From Convolutriloba macropyga (Eukaryota), in the NCBI RefSeq assembly GCF_964194025.1, contig NC_134478.1, positions 43,276,001-43,340,000 of the forward strand: a stretch of DNA of 64,000 bases, read 5' to 3'. The number at the start of each line of letters is the position of its first letter. Position 1 is the first letter of the stretch. The position numbers were made by a program, and so were the translations under genes. The notes below the pieces were generated by a model. The model did no database searches, had not been told where the DNA came from, and saw nothing but the letters and a program-made list of their open reading frames with translations. Shown in pieces: positions 51,627 through 64,000 of the stretch.

Positions 51627-54189
51627 CGTTCGCACATGATGTTCCGACCCGAGCTGATCTATATTTTTGACTTAATTGTCGAGATAACCAAAAATAGATG
51701 TTTGAGTTTAAAAAAATCGTTACACAACCAAACTACTAATTGCGTTACATAATGCCGTGCCTCATTACAGCGGCTTACTGGATCTGCCCATAGAAAGACT
51801 ACAAGAAAAAAAACAAACAAAATAAGCAAAATTAAAAAAATTAACAGGAAAGAAACTCAATATCTAAATGTAAAAGCACCTAATAAACAACGTCAAATTG
51901 CAATCAGATAAAACCTTAACTGCGCAAATTTTTCTTTATCTAAAAAATACAGCAGATGGGACTTTTCCTGATTGAGACCAGGTATCAAGTAAAAAGAAAA
52001 TAATAATCAGGCGAAATTCAAAAATCTATCAACATTTTTGAAATCAAATAATTTCAAACGTCTTAAAAATCTTTATCTTTTAATAAAATAATTCACGATA
52101 AATTGATTAAAAAGTAAATACGAAACTGATAGGGCCTGTCTCTGGTTAACCTAAGCCATAGAAACGGACTAAGGATGCAGAAAAACTAAGAAGTTACAAA
52201 CAATCCGCGAAAAGACAAACTAATTGAAGCCATTAAAATCATGAGCTATTATCTGAATATTGATTTTTTTTCAAGTGCTATCGATACTAATTGAGCTAAA
52301 ATTATACTGAACAAATAATTAACTTCACTTGGGCCTGAGCTGAAAATAATTGGGCTCTGATATTACGCGAATGTGGTAAAACAAATATTGACCACTCACA
52401 AAACGTTTACGAAAACGCATATTGTCCCAAAAAAAACATCAGTGACGACATAATATCAATAAGAACTTTAATCTTTGAATTACAAGGAATTGGATGGCTA
52501 CTCTCATTGATGAGAACAAGTTACAAGTTGATGAAAAAAGAAGAACAAAAATTGAAATAAAAAAATTTGAAAACGAATCATATCATAAATTCTAGAATAT
52601 TCTAGAACGAACTGACTACAAAGAGTAATATTATTCATTCAATTCTCAATTAGAAGCTTATGAGACTTCTCGGCAATTTACGACTACATAAAGAAGAAAA
52701 ATACAAAGAACGACAAACTTTAAAAAAATCAGGGAAAAGTGTCGAAGCCATTAAAGCCAATAAAGTTTTCAGTACAAACGTTTTTTTCAAATAATTTCAA
52801 ATTCAGAGCAATAGGATTCTTCTTTTATTTATAAGATTACGAAAAAAAATCAACAATTATTAACAATTATTTTGAAACCACAAAATCTTTACAATTAACT
52901 TGAAACCACGGAGATCACGAAAAAAGCCATAGTATCAACGCCATTAAATTCAGGACCTTCAATGGAAGTCAATAAATACGCTAAGTTATGCCTCAATGGG
53001 ACGAAAATGCTGTTTTCGGTTCACCAGTTATCCATAAGACATCAGAATAAGTCCTATGACTACGAAAACAATAACAAATACAGGCAAAAATTTTAAAAAA
53101 AAATCAGTAGTAAAGTGCGATACAAAGTGTCGAAGCCATTCAATCCATAAACTTTCTCTGAAAACTTTGTCCATGATTATTTTGACGTCTTCTCTGAGCC
53201 ATTGGGTACTATCAATTTTAGTATAATGTGATAAGATTTCAAAGGGAAGCAAAATTATGAAAAAAATTATCCAAAAATTTTTAAAAATATATGAAAACTC
53301 ATAAAACCAATAATTGAAAATAAAACCGCTAACCAGGTTAATTTTGGATGCAGTAGAAAGAGAGGGTGTCTTGTCATTACTGAGAGTGGCTTAGCTTCTC
53401 AAAACTAAATTTAAGATAGAGTGACGTTCAAAAAATTTTTAAAAAATTTATTTTCAATGTCTAAACAGCCATTAGCTGTCAAATCAGAGCACTAGATAGG
53501 TTCAATTATGGCTCATTAGGAAGAATATTGCACTTTTAGGCAATGTGTCTTTGTCATAGGACTTCAAAAGTTCAGAACAATTCCAAAAAGAAAATCAAAT
53601 TTTCAGTAAGAATTACGAACACTCACAGCCGAAGCCAAAAAAATTTGAGCAAGTTCTTGAATGCTAATTTTCTCTTCATTGGACCGTAAATGAGGTTTGT
53701 CATTAACGGAACTATGAAAGCTGAGTATTGTCTTAGTGAAATAAAAAAAATGTTTAAAGTATTCTAAAAAAAACAGCTCTCAGATAGAATTCGATTTTTT
53801 TAATAGTAAACTTCCTATAAACTAGTCTTTATGATCGCATTTCATCTATTAGGAACACCAATTTGGTGCATTTTGTGGCGTGAAATGTAAATTTGAATTA
53901 AAATTTTTTTAGAAAGAAAGTTAATTCGAGCAAAAATTACGATAAAAGTGAATAAAAGTGAACCAAATATCCTTTGTTCACATGAAAATTTAAACCTCGA
54001 TAACTCCTCGAAAAAAGCGAAATTAAAACAAATCTTTTTAATTTTGAATGCTACGCTTGACGAGCTTTTTAATGATACCACTCACATTTCTCTACGATGA
54101 AAATATCGATCGGCCAAAATTGTCTGAACAAAAAAAACCAGCTGAGTATATAGTTCCTTCCCCCTCAAGAGGGGTCGGAACAACAAAAA
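51627..54189 (-). mobile_element. HINE-like family B, second copy in reverse orientation (~2.55 kb)
   Basis: tgttccgaccc at 51640 and ggggtcggaac at 54171; ~110 bp of 3' end and ~200 bp of 5' end align to 27856-30650; local A/T skew is reversed. Confidence 0.7.
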
Positions 54190-56794
54190 GAATCTTTACA
54201 GTCTAGTGTAAACCATTGAAATTGAATGGCATCTTCGTTTTTTGACCATCAATTTAAAGCTGATTGAAGTAGTGCGACCTCATAACAACCTTACCAATAT
54301 GACACTCGAAAATAGGCATAGGAAAGAACCAAAATAATATAATCTGAATCGGTTTCTAAAACAAATAAATAGAAATTCATGAAAGGGAAATTCTGACAAA
54401 ATGTGATGATTAATTTGAGATTGAGAAAAAAATGGAACGCATAAAATGCATACCTGGCTCTTTTTCTATGTCTATGGCTTCTATAGCCGATCTGCAGCGT
54501 AGTGTGCTTGCATTCATCATATATCCTTACATCCACAATAATGTTTTGTTTCCTACCACTAGGAATTTTAGAGCAGGTTGAAATATTAGCGGTAGAAAAA
54601 GAAAAAAGTCGTAAATTATTTACCATTCTTTTGAAACCCACGGATTACAATTAAAAGTAATTTAAATTATGAGAGTTGGTTTCTAAAAGGTTTATACATT
54701 GGAGCAAGATGTATGTAGTATGACTTTAGATTTTCTTAAAAAAGGGTTATAAAAAAGAGGATGTTTTTATTCCGGGAATCCGCCATTTCTGTGGAAAAGC
54801 ACTTATGGATGCACACTGGTCTTGATTTTTGAATTGAGTACAACTTAAAGCAAACCAAATAGATTATTTCTTTCAGTGTTTACGTTACAAATTGAAGACT
54901 ATTCATGGCGTTTTTCATTCAATATTTTTCTCACTGAAAAACAGACGTTTTTGTATATCATTTAACGGAAACTGGTGGATTATGGTGTATGTTGATTTTT
55001 ATGTCAATCAATTATTGATCAATTGGAGAAAGTATCTTCAAAAGTCAACTAAAGATCAATTGAGAAGAGCACAGCAGTGTTGAAAAATAGTAAATTATTT
55101 CTTTTTTCAGTTTTTTAGGATGTTTTTTAGAAAGTTTCCATCAATGGTCAATTCAACTAACAGTCAAATTAAACCTCTTAAGTCGAGGTCATGGTGTTGG
55201 AAAGTGGTTTTATTTTGCAGTAGTAAAAAAAATTCTAAGTGAAACATTTTAATTATTTGAATTGAAAACATTGACGGGACTCTAGTCAAGTTTCCGTTAA
55301 ATCCGTCAGCAGACCAAGGTGATTGTCAACCAATTTAAGACCAACTGGTTAACGCAAGCATCAAATTGAATTTGAAGTCTATATATTCAAATATCTTTAA
55401 AAAGAAAAAAATGTATGTTTTTTGTTTTTTGCGCAAATGGATATTTTTATCTAATATAATTAGATGACCTTTATAGAAAAATTTTAAAAGTTTTAGTGTG
55501 CATTTGAACCCCATAAAATCTATAGACTGCTTGCAAGGTTTAGCGTGATTTGGCTCAGCGAAAAAAATTCTTTTCCAAAAAAGTTTCTGATCGTTTTTTT
55601 ATTTAATCAAAACAAAAACAGACTGTTTAATACTACCTGAATTAAATCAGTGGTCTACAAATCAGAGGCCATGCTTTGCACACAAAATAGTTTTCTCAAG
55701 AAGCGATGTAAACCAGCAAAAAGGTGAGCATATCTTTACTTTTTTCCTTTGTCTTATCGTCGTTCTCTATAAAAAGTGTTTCCTCTAGTTTTCGTGTACT
55801 TGAGGAGTACAACAATTATTCACCTGGATTAAACTACGGGCAACTATAAGGTACTATTTGCTTTTAAATTTTAGTTTGAGAGTTCAATGTAAAATGCAAG
55901 AAATTAGAAAACTTTCCTTTGTAAACTTTTAGCGTCTATTGTGCTCTGTCTACTGTTCAAATTTCTGTGCTTTGATTTCTTCGGAATAATGATCACCCAC
56001 ATGAAGTTTTTAAAAATTTAGCAACTTTGTGAAGCCGACTGAAAGAAGCTATAAAGTTTGTAAAAAAGCCTTAATTCTTTACTCTCTTAAATTCTTGTTT
56101 TTTTTTCAAAATGTTATCACAACTAAATTATTAGCCGCTTTCTTTTCCTTCTTTCTTTTCTTTGCTTACCTTTCTTTGTTTCAATTTGTAGTTTTTCGTA
56201 AAAATGAATAGCAGCCTTTAAAGTTTACAAAATGATGTCTCTTTTTTTCGCTGCGATGCGTAAAGAGAAAAAGAATTTGACGAACGATTAAGAAAAGTCG
56301 CCCCTTTTGGAACAAAGTATAAGAATGCGTGAAATCATAATTATTGGGTTGTGCCAAACAGTTTTTCTACTGTTACTGACGGATAAAAAGTTAAGACGAG
56401 GACATAATTCTGTAATATTTAGCCTTATATGTCATAATTTTATCATAATAGCGTAATTTTATGAACAATATTATATTGGTGAACGACATTGGGTAAAAAT
56501 AGTCTAGTGTTCACAAAAGTGTAAAACCCCGAAGATCTGCAAAAAAGCTATCTTCAAAAAAGATTGCATATCTTTCTTCCACGCTTGACGGGTTTTTGAT
56601 GATACGGCTCATATCTGTCTACGTGAATTATGTACCGGTGAGCTGAATATATAGTTCTTCCCTAACTGTAAATAGAGTGTGAGCAAAAATTGAGCTTGAT
56701 AGCTACGGAACTGGAAACTAGGAATGATGAATAGGAAAGCAATGAGATTTCTGGAGTTATTTGCCATCATTTGTAGTTGCCCTTATACAAAGTT

Positions 56795-57010
56795 CGGTGC
56801 GGTTCTTGGATCCTCTTGCACTTTGAATCCTCCTGCTCGTTGGATCTTCTTGCGCTTCAGATCCTCTTGCGTTTCCGTAGCGGTTCGAGCTGTAACCTCA
56901 CGCACACAGCTGAGTGGTCAGATAATCTATAGCCCCCCATAATGGGGCTATAATCCCCCATAATTAAACCATAATGGGGCTATAATTTCATGGGGGAGCT
57001 ATAATGGGAA
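56795..57010. repeat. Short-motif cluster: gatcctcttgc-like x4-5, then ccataatggggctataat repeats/palindromes
   Basis: Directly visible; tatagcccc..ggggctata stem near 56928-56952. Confidence 0.7.
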
Positions 57011-57303
57011 AGACCCGAATTTTGAACTGAAGTTAGCTGAGTCACGTAATCTTGCTTGAGACAAACTTTGCGAGCTTTGAAATTTGGTACTGTATATAGC
57101 ATTCTAGAATCTGGCGCTACAGAGATCTGTCTGGTATTATGAAATTTGCACTTGTCCCTGCTGCAAGTGGTATATTTTAACCACGCGATTTGATTTGTGA
57201 TAAGTGATAAGTTTCCCTTATTCGCTATTTTGGCTCATCAACTAAGTTGCGTGCTCTTTAATCTGAGCACTTTGTGCACTCGCAGTTAGTCTACATGGAG
57301 CAA

Positions 57304-57440
57304 TTTTTGTTCCGACCCTACTTGTGGGAGGGAGGAACTATTTGTTCAACTGGTTTTTCTCTGTTCAGTCATTGTTTTCCCATCGATATATTTTTGTAGA
57401 GTTGTGAGTGGTATCACTATGTGAATTTTGAGTTCTGGCC
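57304..57440 (+). mobile_element. HINE-like family B, 5' end
   Basis: tttttgttccgaccctacttgtgggagggaggaacta..gagtggtatca. Confidence 0.7.
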
Positions 57441-58319
57441 GTTGTTGTTTTGTTGCATAACCCTTCGAGCTCATTTTTAATTTCTTCATGAGTCAAAAAT
57501 AGGGTATATCTAGAAGAGTTTCGGAGTTTATTCAGGATTTTTTCAGTTTTTTTTATGTGCGCAATATGTGGGTTTAAGTGATTTGATAATTTTTTTTGCT
57601 TCAACACGCCTTTGCTAAGTGTCAACACCTAAAAGGAAACAGCTGATTCACGACTAATGGTTATATTGCTTGAGTGACCTCCACCTGAGTTTTCATTTTC
57701 ATTGTAGATTTTTAAGTGAGTGCGGGGGTTATTTTTCTAAACTTCTACACTCTCTTATACTTCTAAATTCAGCTGATGGTGTGATGGAAAAGAAAGAGAG
57801 GTCAAGCAAGCTGAATGATGATGATTTTGTTTCTTGAGAGATTGTACTATTTGAACATGAGTTTGAAAACAGGATAATTATTGATTTCTGGATTTCATGT
57901 ATTTCCTAAAATTAGTTGTTTACTTGATAGAATTGTCTTACAAAATTTGAAATCGCAGATTTGATTTAACATCTGTTGTTCCTTCTGTACTTTGTTCAGT
58001 GTTTTTTCTAGTGAAATGGAGAAGCCTGGCCTCACTGGTTTTAACCAATTTTTGTATACACATATGTCCTTCTTTAAGAATCTATGAAAGGTTTAATTAC
58101 AAAATATGAACTCCAAAGTCTAGCAAATGCGATATTTGCCTTAATCGTATATAGATGTTATTTTTTGTTTTAGTGTACAGGCAACTATTTTGTTGACTTC
58201 GACACTGACTGTTTTCATTAACATTTTGTAAATTTTCATTTTTTAATATTACTAAGGACCGATACTGAGAGGTATATTCTATGGTTGAAGGTCTTGATTA
58301 ATTTGAAATTATTTTGCTA

Positions 58320-60895
58320 CCGTATACATTTGTTACCGTCTGAGTAATGAAAATTCACATCGGTTGCAGTAGCGGCATAGGGAAGATTACAAATGTCTCG
58401 AATTAATAGCTAATAGTTTTTATATACGACATAATAGTTATTTAAATTTTGTTTGTATTTATTTTTCTTGTTTTGCCCTTTAGTCCCATTAATCAAAGTT
58501 CCATAAATCAATTATGAGGATATCAACAAGATAACAAGATTTATTTTCCATTGGTCTCTAATGATTGATGCCATTTTATGATGTGAACATTTAGAGAAGT
58601 TGTGAGTTTTGTCTATTTCGTTTTCCAATTCTTTTGTGCTGACTTCATTATTTTCACATGAATTAATCAATTATTTTCATTGCTGGCAATGCAATTGTTT
58701 ACCTCAACGGCCATTTTTGAAACTTCTGTTTCTGTTCATTCTAGAATGAATGGGTTACATGTTTTCTTTCAAAAGCAATTACAGGTTTTGGATTATCTTT
58801 TGCCTATTTCTTTCAAAAGTAATAACCGATTTCGAATACCTTTGACCTTCAGTAATGCATTGTTGACTCGTGAACGCATATCAATTACCAGGTTTCCTAG
58901 CTGCTTCGTGCTCATACTCACTCCTATGTGCTTGTGTTCCATGGTTTCTGATTTTTGGCTTTAGGTGTTCTTTTCTGTATGTTTATTACAGTCTGAGTAA
59001 TTAAAAACTTTCAGTAGTGACATAAGAGAAGCTTATAAATATCTCGAATTGATTGCTAGTAGTTATTTTATCTGACAAATTTTCAGTTTGATTTGCAGTT
59101 ATTGTCGTTGTCTTGCCCTTCAATCTAATTTATTAAAGTCGATAATGTTATCTGAACGTAGATTTATTTTTCAGTTGCTGGCTAATAATTGATTCGAGAT
59201 TGACGCCAATTTTTGTGAATATTCGGAGAAGTTATGAATTTTGTCTATTCGTTTTTTGATGGTTTTTGCTAATTTGGTTCTTTTCAAATGGCCTTATCAT
59301 TTATTTTCATTGCTGACAAGTCCATTTGTAACGAAACAAATCAGCAAAAATCATGGCATAATTGAAAATTCTGATTGTGTTCTTTCTACAAGGAATGGGT
59401 TTCAATTTTTGTTCCAATGTATTTACAGATTTCGGAACAAGTTTTAAACTTAAGCATTGTATTGTCGACTCATGATTGCATCTCTTTAACAAGATATCCT
59501 AGCTGATTTTTACTCAATCCTGTGGTTGTGCTCCGTGGATTTTGATATTCGGCTTTAGACAATCTTTCTGTAGGTTTGCTACAGTCGTCAGTAATGAAAG
59601 ATCTGATTGTTTGCTGTAGTGGCATAACAGAAGCTTACAAATGTCTCGAAATAATTGCTAGTAGTTTTTATGTCTGACAAATTTTGAGTTTTAATTGCAG
59701 TTATTTTTGTTGTGTTGTCCATCAGTCTCATTTATTGAAGTTTCATAAATCGATAATGAGGATATCTGAACTAAGGTTTTTTAAATTGGTGGCTACTGAT
59801 TGATTTAATATTGACGCCATTTTGATATGTGAACATTTGAGAAGTTTTAATTTTTGTCTATTTGGGTTTTTAATATATTTTTTTTTGAATTTGGTTCTTC
59901 ACCAAAGGACTCCTCATCTATTTTGATTGATCACAAGTCCAATTGGTATACTCAATAGGCATAATTAAACCTGCTGATTGTGTTCATTTTACAGCCAATC
60001 GTTTTCAATTTTGTTTTGAAATCAATTACAGATTTTGGATTATCTTTTGTCTGTTTCGTTTTTCAATATATTTTCCTAATTTCGTTCTTTACAAATGGAT
60101 TTTTCTTTTATTTTGAATGCTGATTAGTGCAATTGGTATCCTCAACAGGCACAATTGGAATTTTTTGTTCATTCTAGATCTAATGGTTTTCCTTTTTGTT
60201 TCAAAAGTAATAACAGATTTCGAATTACCTTTGCCCTTCAGTATTGTATTGTTGAATCGTGAACGCATATCATTTACATGATTTCCTAGCTGCTTCATGC
60301 TCATACTGACTCCTATGTGCTTTTGTTCCGTTGTTTCTGATTTTTGGCTTTAGTTGTTCTTTTCTGTATATTTGTTACAGTCTGAGTAATGAAGGACCCC
60401 ATTGGTTGCAGTAGTGGCAGAAGAGAAGCTTATAATGTCTCCAATTGATAGCTAGTAGTTTTTTGTCTGGCAAATTTTGAGTTTTCTTTGCAGTTATTTT
60501 TGTTGTCTTGTCCATCTGTCCCATTTATTGAAGTTTCATAAATCAATAATGAGGATATCTGAACTAACATTTTTTAAATTGGTGGCTAATGATTGATTTA
60601 AGATTGACGCCATTTTTTTGTGTGAACTTCTGGAGAAGTTTTGAATTTTGTCTATTTGGTTTTTTAAAGTTTTTTTGTTAATTTGGTTCTTTACCAACGG
60701 ACTCTTCATTAATTTTGATTGCTGACAGGTTCTATTTGTTTACTCAATATTTGTTATAAGCTGTATTAAAACTGCTGATTGTGTTCATTCTACAGCCAAT
60801 CGTTTTCAATTTTGTTTCAAAACTAATAACAGATTCTGGAATTAGTTTTGCTCTTCAGCGTTTTATTGTCGACTCATGAATGCAGCTCATAAACA
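58320..60895 (+). repeat. Degenerate tandem array, 4 units of ~600-800 bp
   Basis: gtctgagtaat..cagtagtggca..gaagcttayaaatgtctcgaa anchors near 58338, 58991, 59584, 60380. Confidence 0.9.
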
Positions 60896-63529
60896 ACCTT
60901 TTGATAAGCTTCAAGGCAGACATGAATTACTTCAATCGTGAATAATCTGTTTCTTTGGAATTTTGGAGAAAAGACAAGTACAAAGCTGTTGATGAATTGA
61001 AACTATCCAGAGGTTCTGTACATGATCTTGATTATATAGCATGGAAACACATTTTTGGATGAATTGGTTTTGTTTTCTCGATGTTGACTTCTAAGTGAGT
61101 ATAGAGAGAATTCTCCATACTTCTGGGCTCAATTTTGGTTATTCACTGGATAAAATGGTTTTTTTTTCTACTTGAGAAAATGCATTATATTTGACTTCAT
61201 GTTCGTAGCTTCGTTTGTTCGAGTATTCATTTGATCTCACTGGACTAAACCTCGCGGTTAATACCAACTTTTTAAAAGAGGAGTTGCTGTTAAAGAATAA
61301 TCTAGATCCGCAAGTTCTTAAATTAAAAATTCGATGAGAGAAAGTGTTCTCATCAGTTTTTTTTCTTTCTTTTTCAGAAGGCAAATCTGAAGGTGGATTA
61401 TTTGACCTCCTAATGATTTTATGAAGCATGAACCAATTATTTCGAGAAGCCAGATTAATTTTAGCAGTAGGCTATGAGGTTTCGCCTTCTTAAATGAGTA
61501 ATAACCTAATGTATGTATTAGTCTTGTTAGCTTATTGTACTTGCTTGTGTTGTCACAATATTGCCTATTGGGAGAGGTTTTTGAGTTGTTTATGAGGGCC
61601 CATAAAGTATTGTGACGCCCGATTTGTCTCCAAGCTAAGCACTGCTATTGATAGATACGATAAATTACTGGCTGAAGTTGTCTGCTTTTAAATTTATGAC
61701 ACACTCTTAATTTGAGCTCCCGTTTGCCATTTGAATGCAGAGGCAGACGTGTTTTTAAGAGGGGCTATTTGAACTGCAATTGACCCGTTATGAAGTCGAA
61801 AAAAATGTCGGAGTGATAAAATTTTATTCCTGTTAACCAAATTTCTCGAAGAAACAGCATTGAAAGATTTATCGTGACTATTTTTCCTTAGTGGTTGTCC
61901 CTGAGTTGTAAATCTTGTAGTAGTGGTCTATAAAAACAGTTGGTGTATTTACAGGAATTTTTTATTTTTTTATCCCGAACGAACGTGTAGTGTATTTCTG
62001 GTACATCGGCATGGTCACTATCTAATTTGTTGAGCTCTAATTAAAAGTTAAATGTAATGATTACTGAAGAAAACTTGAGTAACCGTTGACTAATACTTTG
62101 AGTTCAATGATTCATTATAGGGCTCAGTTTAAACCACAAAAACCAGTCCTATAGCTCAGGTTTTAGATAGACCTCTTTTTGATTCGTTCCTTCTAAATTA
62201 AATTTCTTGAAGATGAAGCATCTTGATAATGGGAACTTCTGGTGTTGTTTCGGTGTAGGGCGAAAATAAGTCAATTTCGACGTTGATAGCCAGTCCTGAA
62301 AGGATCGAATTCAAGTCACAAAGATCGTTTTGTATGCTTTGTTTTGGTTTGTTTTAAGATTTTAGGGCGATGAAACTGTTAAAATGAAAGTGAAACAAAA
62401 CATTTTTTTCAAACGTGTTCAACGGAAATGTCAGGTAAGCTGAAGTTTTTTGATTTTGACGAATTGTTCCAAAAGAGAATTCAAGTTCTTAAGTTACCCA
62501 AGAATGAAATTCCAAGTACCTGACCTAGATTTTCTTAATTCGTCAGCGAAAAAGTGAGTATTCTCTTGCAGATATTTGGTGACGCAACGTTCGAAAGAGG
62601 CAACTTGCAAATCCAATTTTTCTTCTTTTATAGAAGTTAGTTGTTCGAATTTACGCCTAACGTTGAAAAAATATTGTTGTACTGCACCCCATGATATCAT
62701 TCCAACACACGTCCTGAAAGTTTTGTTTTGTTAACAGGCGTGTTTCCATCTTTAATGCAGGGAATATTGATCCCTCTTTGAAAAACGACAAGAATGAAAT
62801 TGAAAATTATAGACCTGTTAACCAATATCCGAAAAGTTTTAAAATAGTCGAAAATTGGATTCTTGATTAAATGGTTGATTCCTTCGATTGGAGTTTGTTA
62901 TGGCCGCCATTTCAAACTGCTTATCGTGAGAATCATTCAACTGAAGGTTATTGATTTGAGAGAGTGACCGATGTTTTGGCAAGAAGGAAGCTAGTACTTT
63001 ATACCTCTTGATTTGAAATCAGCGTTTTATACGGCCGATATTATTTTCTTATTCAAAATATTGAAAGCTTGGCTATCAAGGCTCAGGCTTTCAACTTTTG
63101 AAATGTTACCCGAGATTTCGCAATTGGAGATTCGCTGTTGAAAATGAGTTTGTAGGTTGTTTGAAAATGAAGCCGGAGTTCCGCTGAGTTCGATTTTTGG
63201 GGTCAGGGCTGTTCTCAGTGTATTTGACACCCTTTTATGGGTTTTTAAATGCAATTAGTTTTATGCATCATTTCTATTTCTATGCAGATAACAAGAAATT
63301 TATGTATGAATTAGACTTCAAGATTACGTCCGTAAGATTCATTTTTATTGTTTTGTGCAAGATCAAGTGAGTAATTAACAATCGCAAAAGGGTTATATTT
63401 GTTTTTTTTTCGCAATCGTAATTCTGGCATTCCGTCTGTTGACTGCTCTTCTTTACTTGGAATTGAGTAGTCATCAAGATGTTCGATAAGCTTATATACA
63501 ACTACGAAAGTTCCATACGAACTTCCTTC

Positions 63530-63705
63530 CAGTTTTAACGGCTGCGAAACCGTTCTCTAGCAAATTTTATTAGAATTTTCTTACCTCTAAATGTTAATCT
63601 TGTTTTGTCGTACTTTTTATTTGCGAGAACCAAAAACCTTAATTCTCCCTATGAAGGTTCAAGTAAATCTATTTACTGATCTCGGTTTATAGCTATCGGT
63701 TTTGG
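63530..63705 (+). repeat. Dispersed copy of sequence internal to family B element (~29120-29272)
   Basis: agttttaacggctgcgaaaccgttc and aatctatttactg..gtttatagcta.cggtttt shared. Confidence 0.75.
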
Positions 63706-64000
63706 TGGGTTTGAATTAGGTTTTTTTTAGAAAATATTTTTGTACTTCCAAATTTTTCTCATTGTCAACAATTAACGTAGTCTAATTTTTGGCACAGCTC
63801 ATTAACGTTCTGTTGGTCCAAACAATTTGCGCTCTTCGTTATGTTTTGATTGACGTCTTTAGAGCTTAGAAGTGTGTTTTCATAAGAATTTCGGTACTGG
63901 TCAATTTTGGTAATTATTTTTCTTTCGTCTCTTTCGTAAAGACCGTTTTCAAGGAAGTTATTTAAAATAAAAAGATACGGAAATGCACAATTCAAATCTT

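Noticed and set aside
61100-64000. Patchy - strand ORFs suggesting decayed coding sequence
   Set aside because: No identifiable motif; the A-rich - strand yields such ORFs by chance; needs a translated search
1-64000. CRISPR arrays, rRNA, intact tRNA, prokaryotic operons or retron/DGR systems
   Set aside because: None seen; the sequence is eukaryotic and the only RT is a non-LTR retrotransposon type

Overview
AT-rich animal (invertebrate-like) genomic DNA, not prokaryotic, so most short ORFs in the track (many with TTG/GTG starts) are noise. Two real coding regions are supported. One is an intronless Frizzled-5/8 receptor CDS (9672-11333, +). The other is an intact single-ORF CRE-clade non-LTR retrotransposon with RT and restriction-like endonuclease (46699-49827, +). 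The most striking unannotated signal is the 3.7 kb upstream of fz5/8 (5942-9671). It is strongly depleted of sense-strand ATG: I count 7, versus 14 in the preceding 540 bp, and none in the last ~1.2 kb. All 7 have T at -3 and a pyrimidine at +4, and the region is rich in hairpins. This is the pattern expected of a giant, scanned, structured 5' UTR with weak uORFs. The retrotransposon ORF carries a chromo-barrel/Tudor-knot-like N-terminal segment and repeated stem-loops in its 3' UTR. The rest is a gene desert with two non-autonomous Helentron-like (HINE) families, recent tandem duplications (2.06 kb x2; 1.35 kb x3), an older 0.6-0.8 kb array, a possible tRNA-SINE and TALE/homeodomain motif islands. 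All counts and alignments were made by eye.
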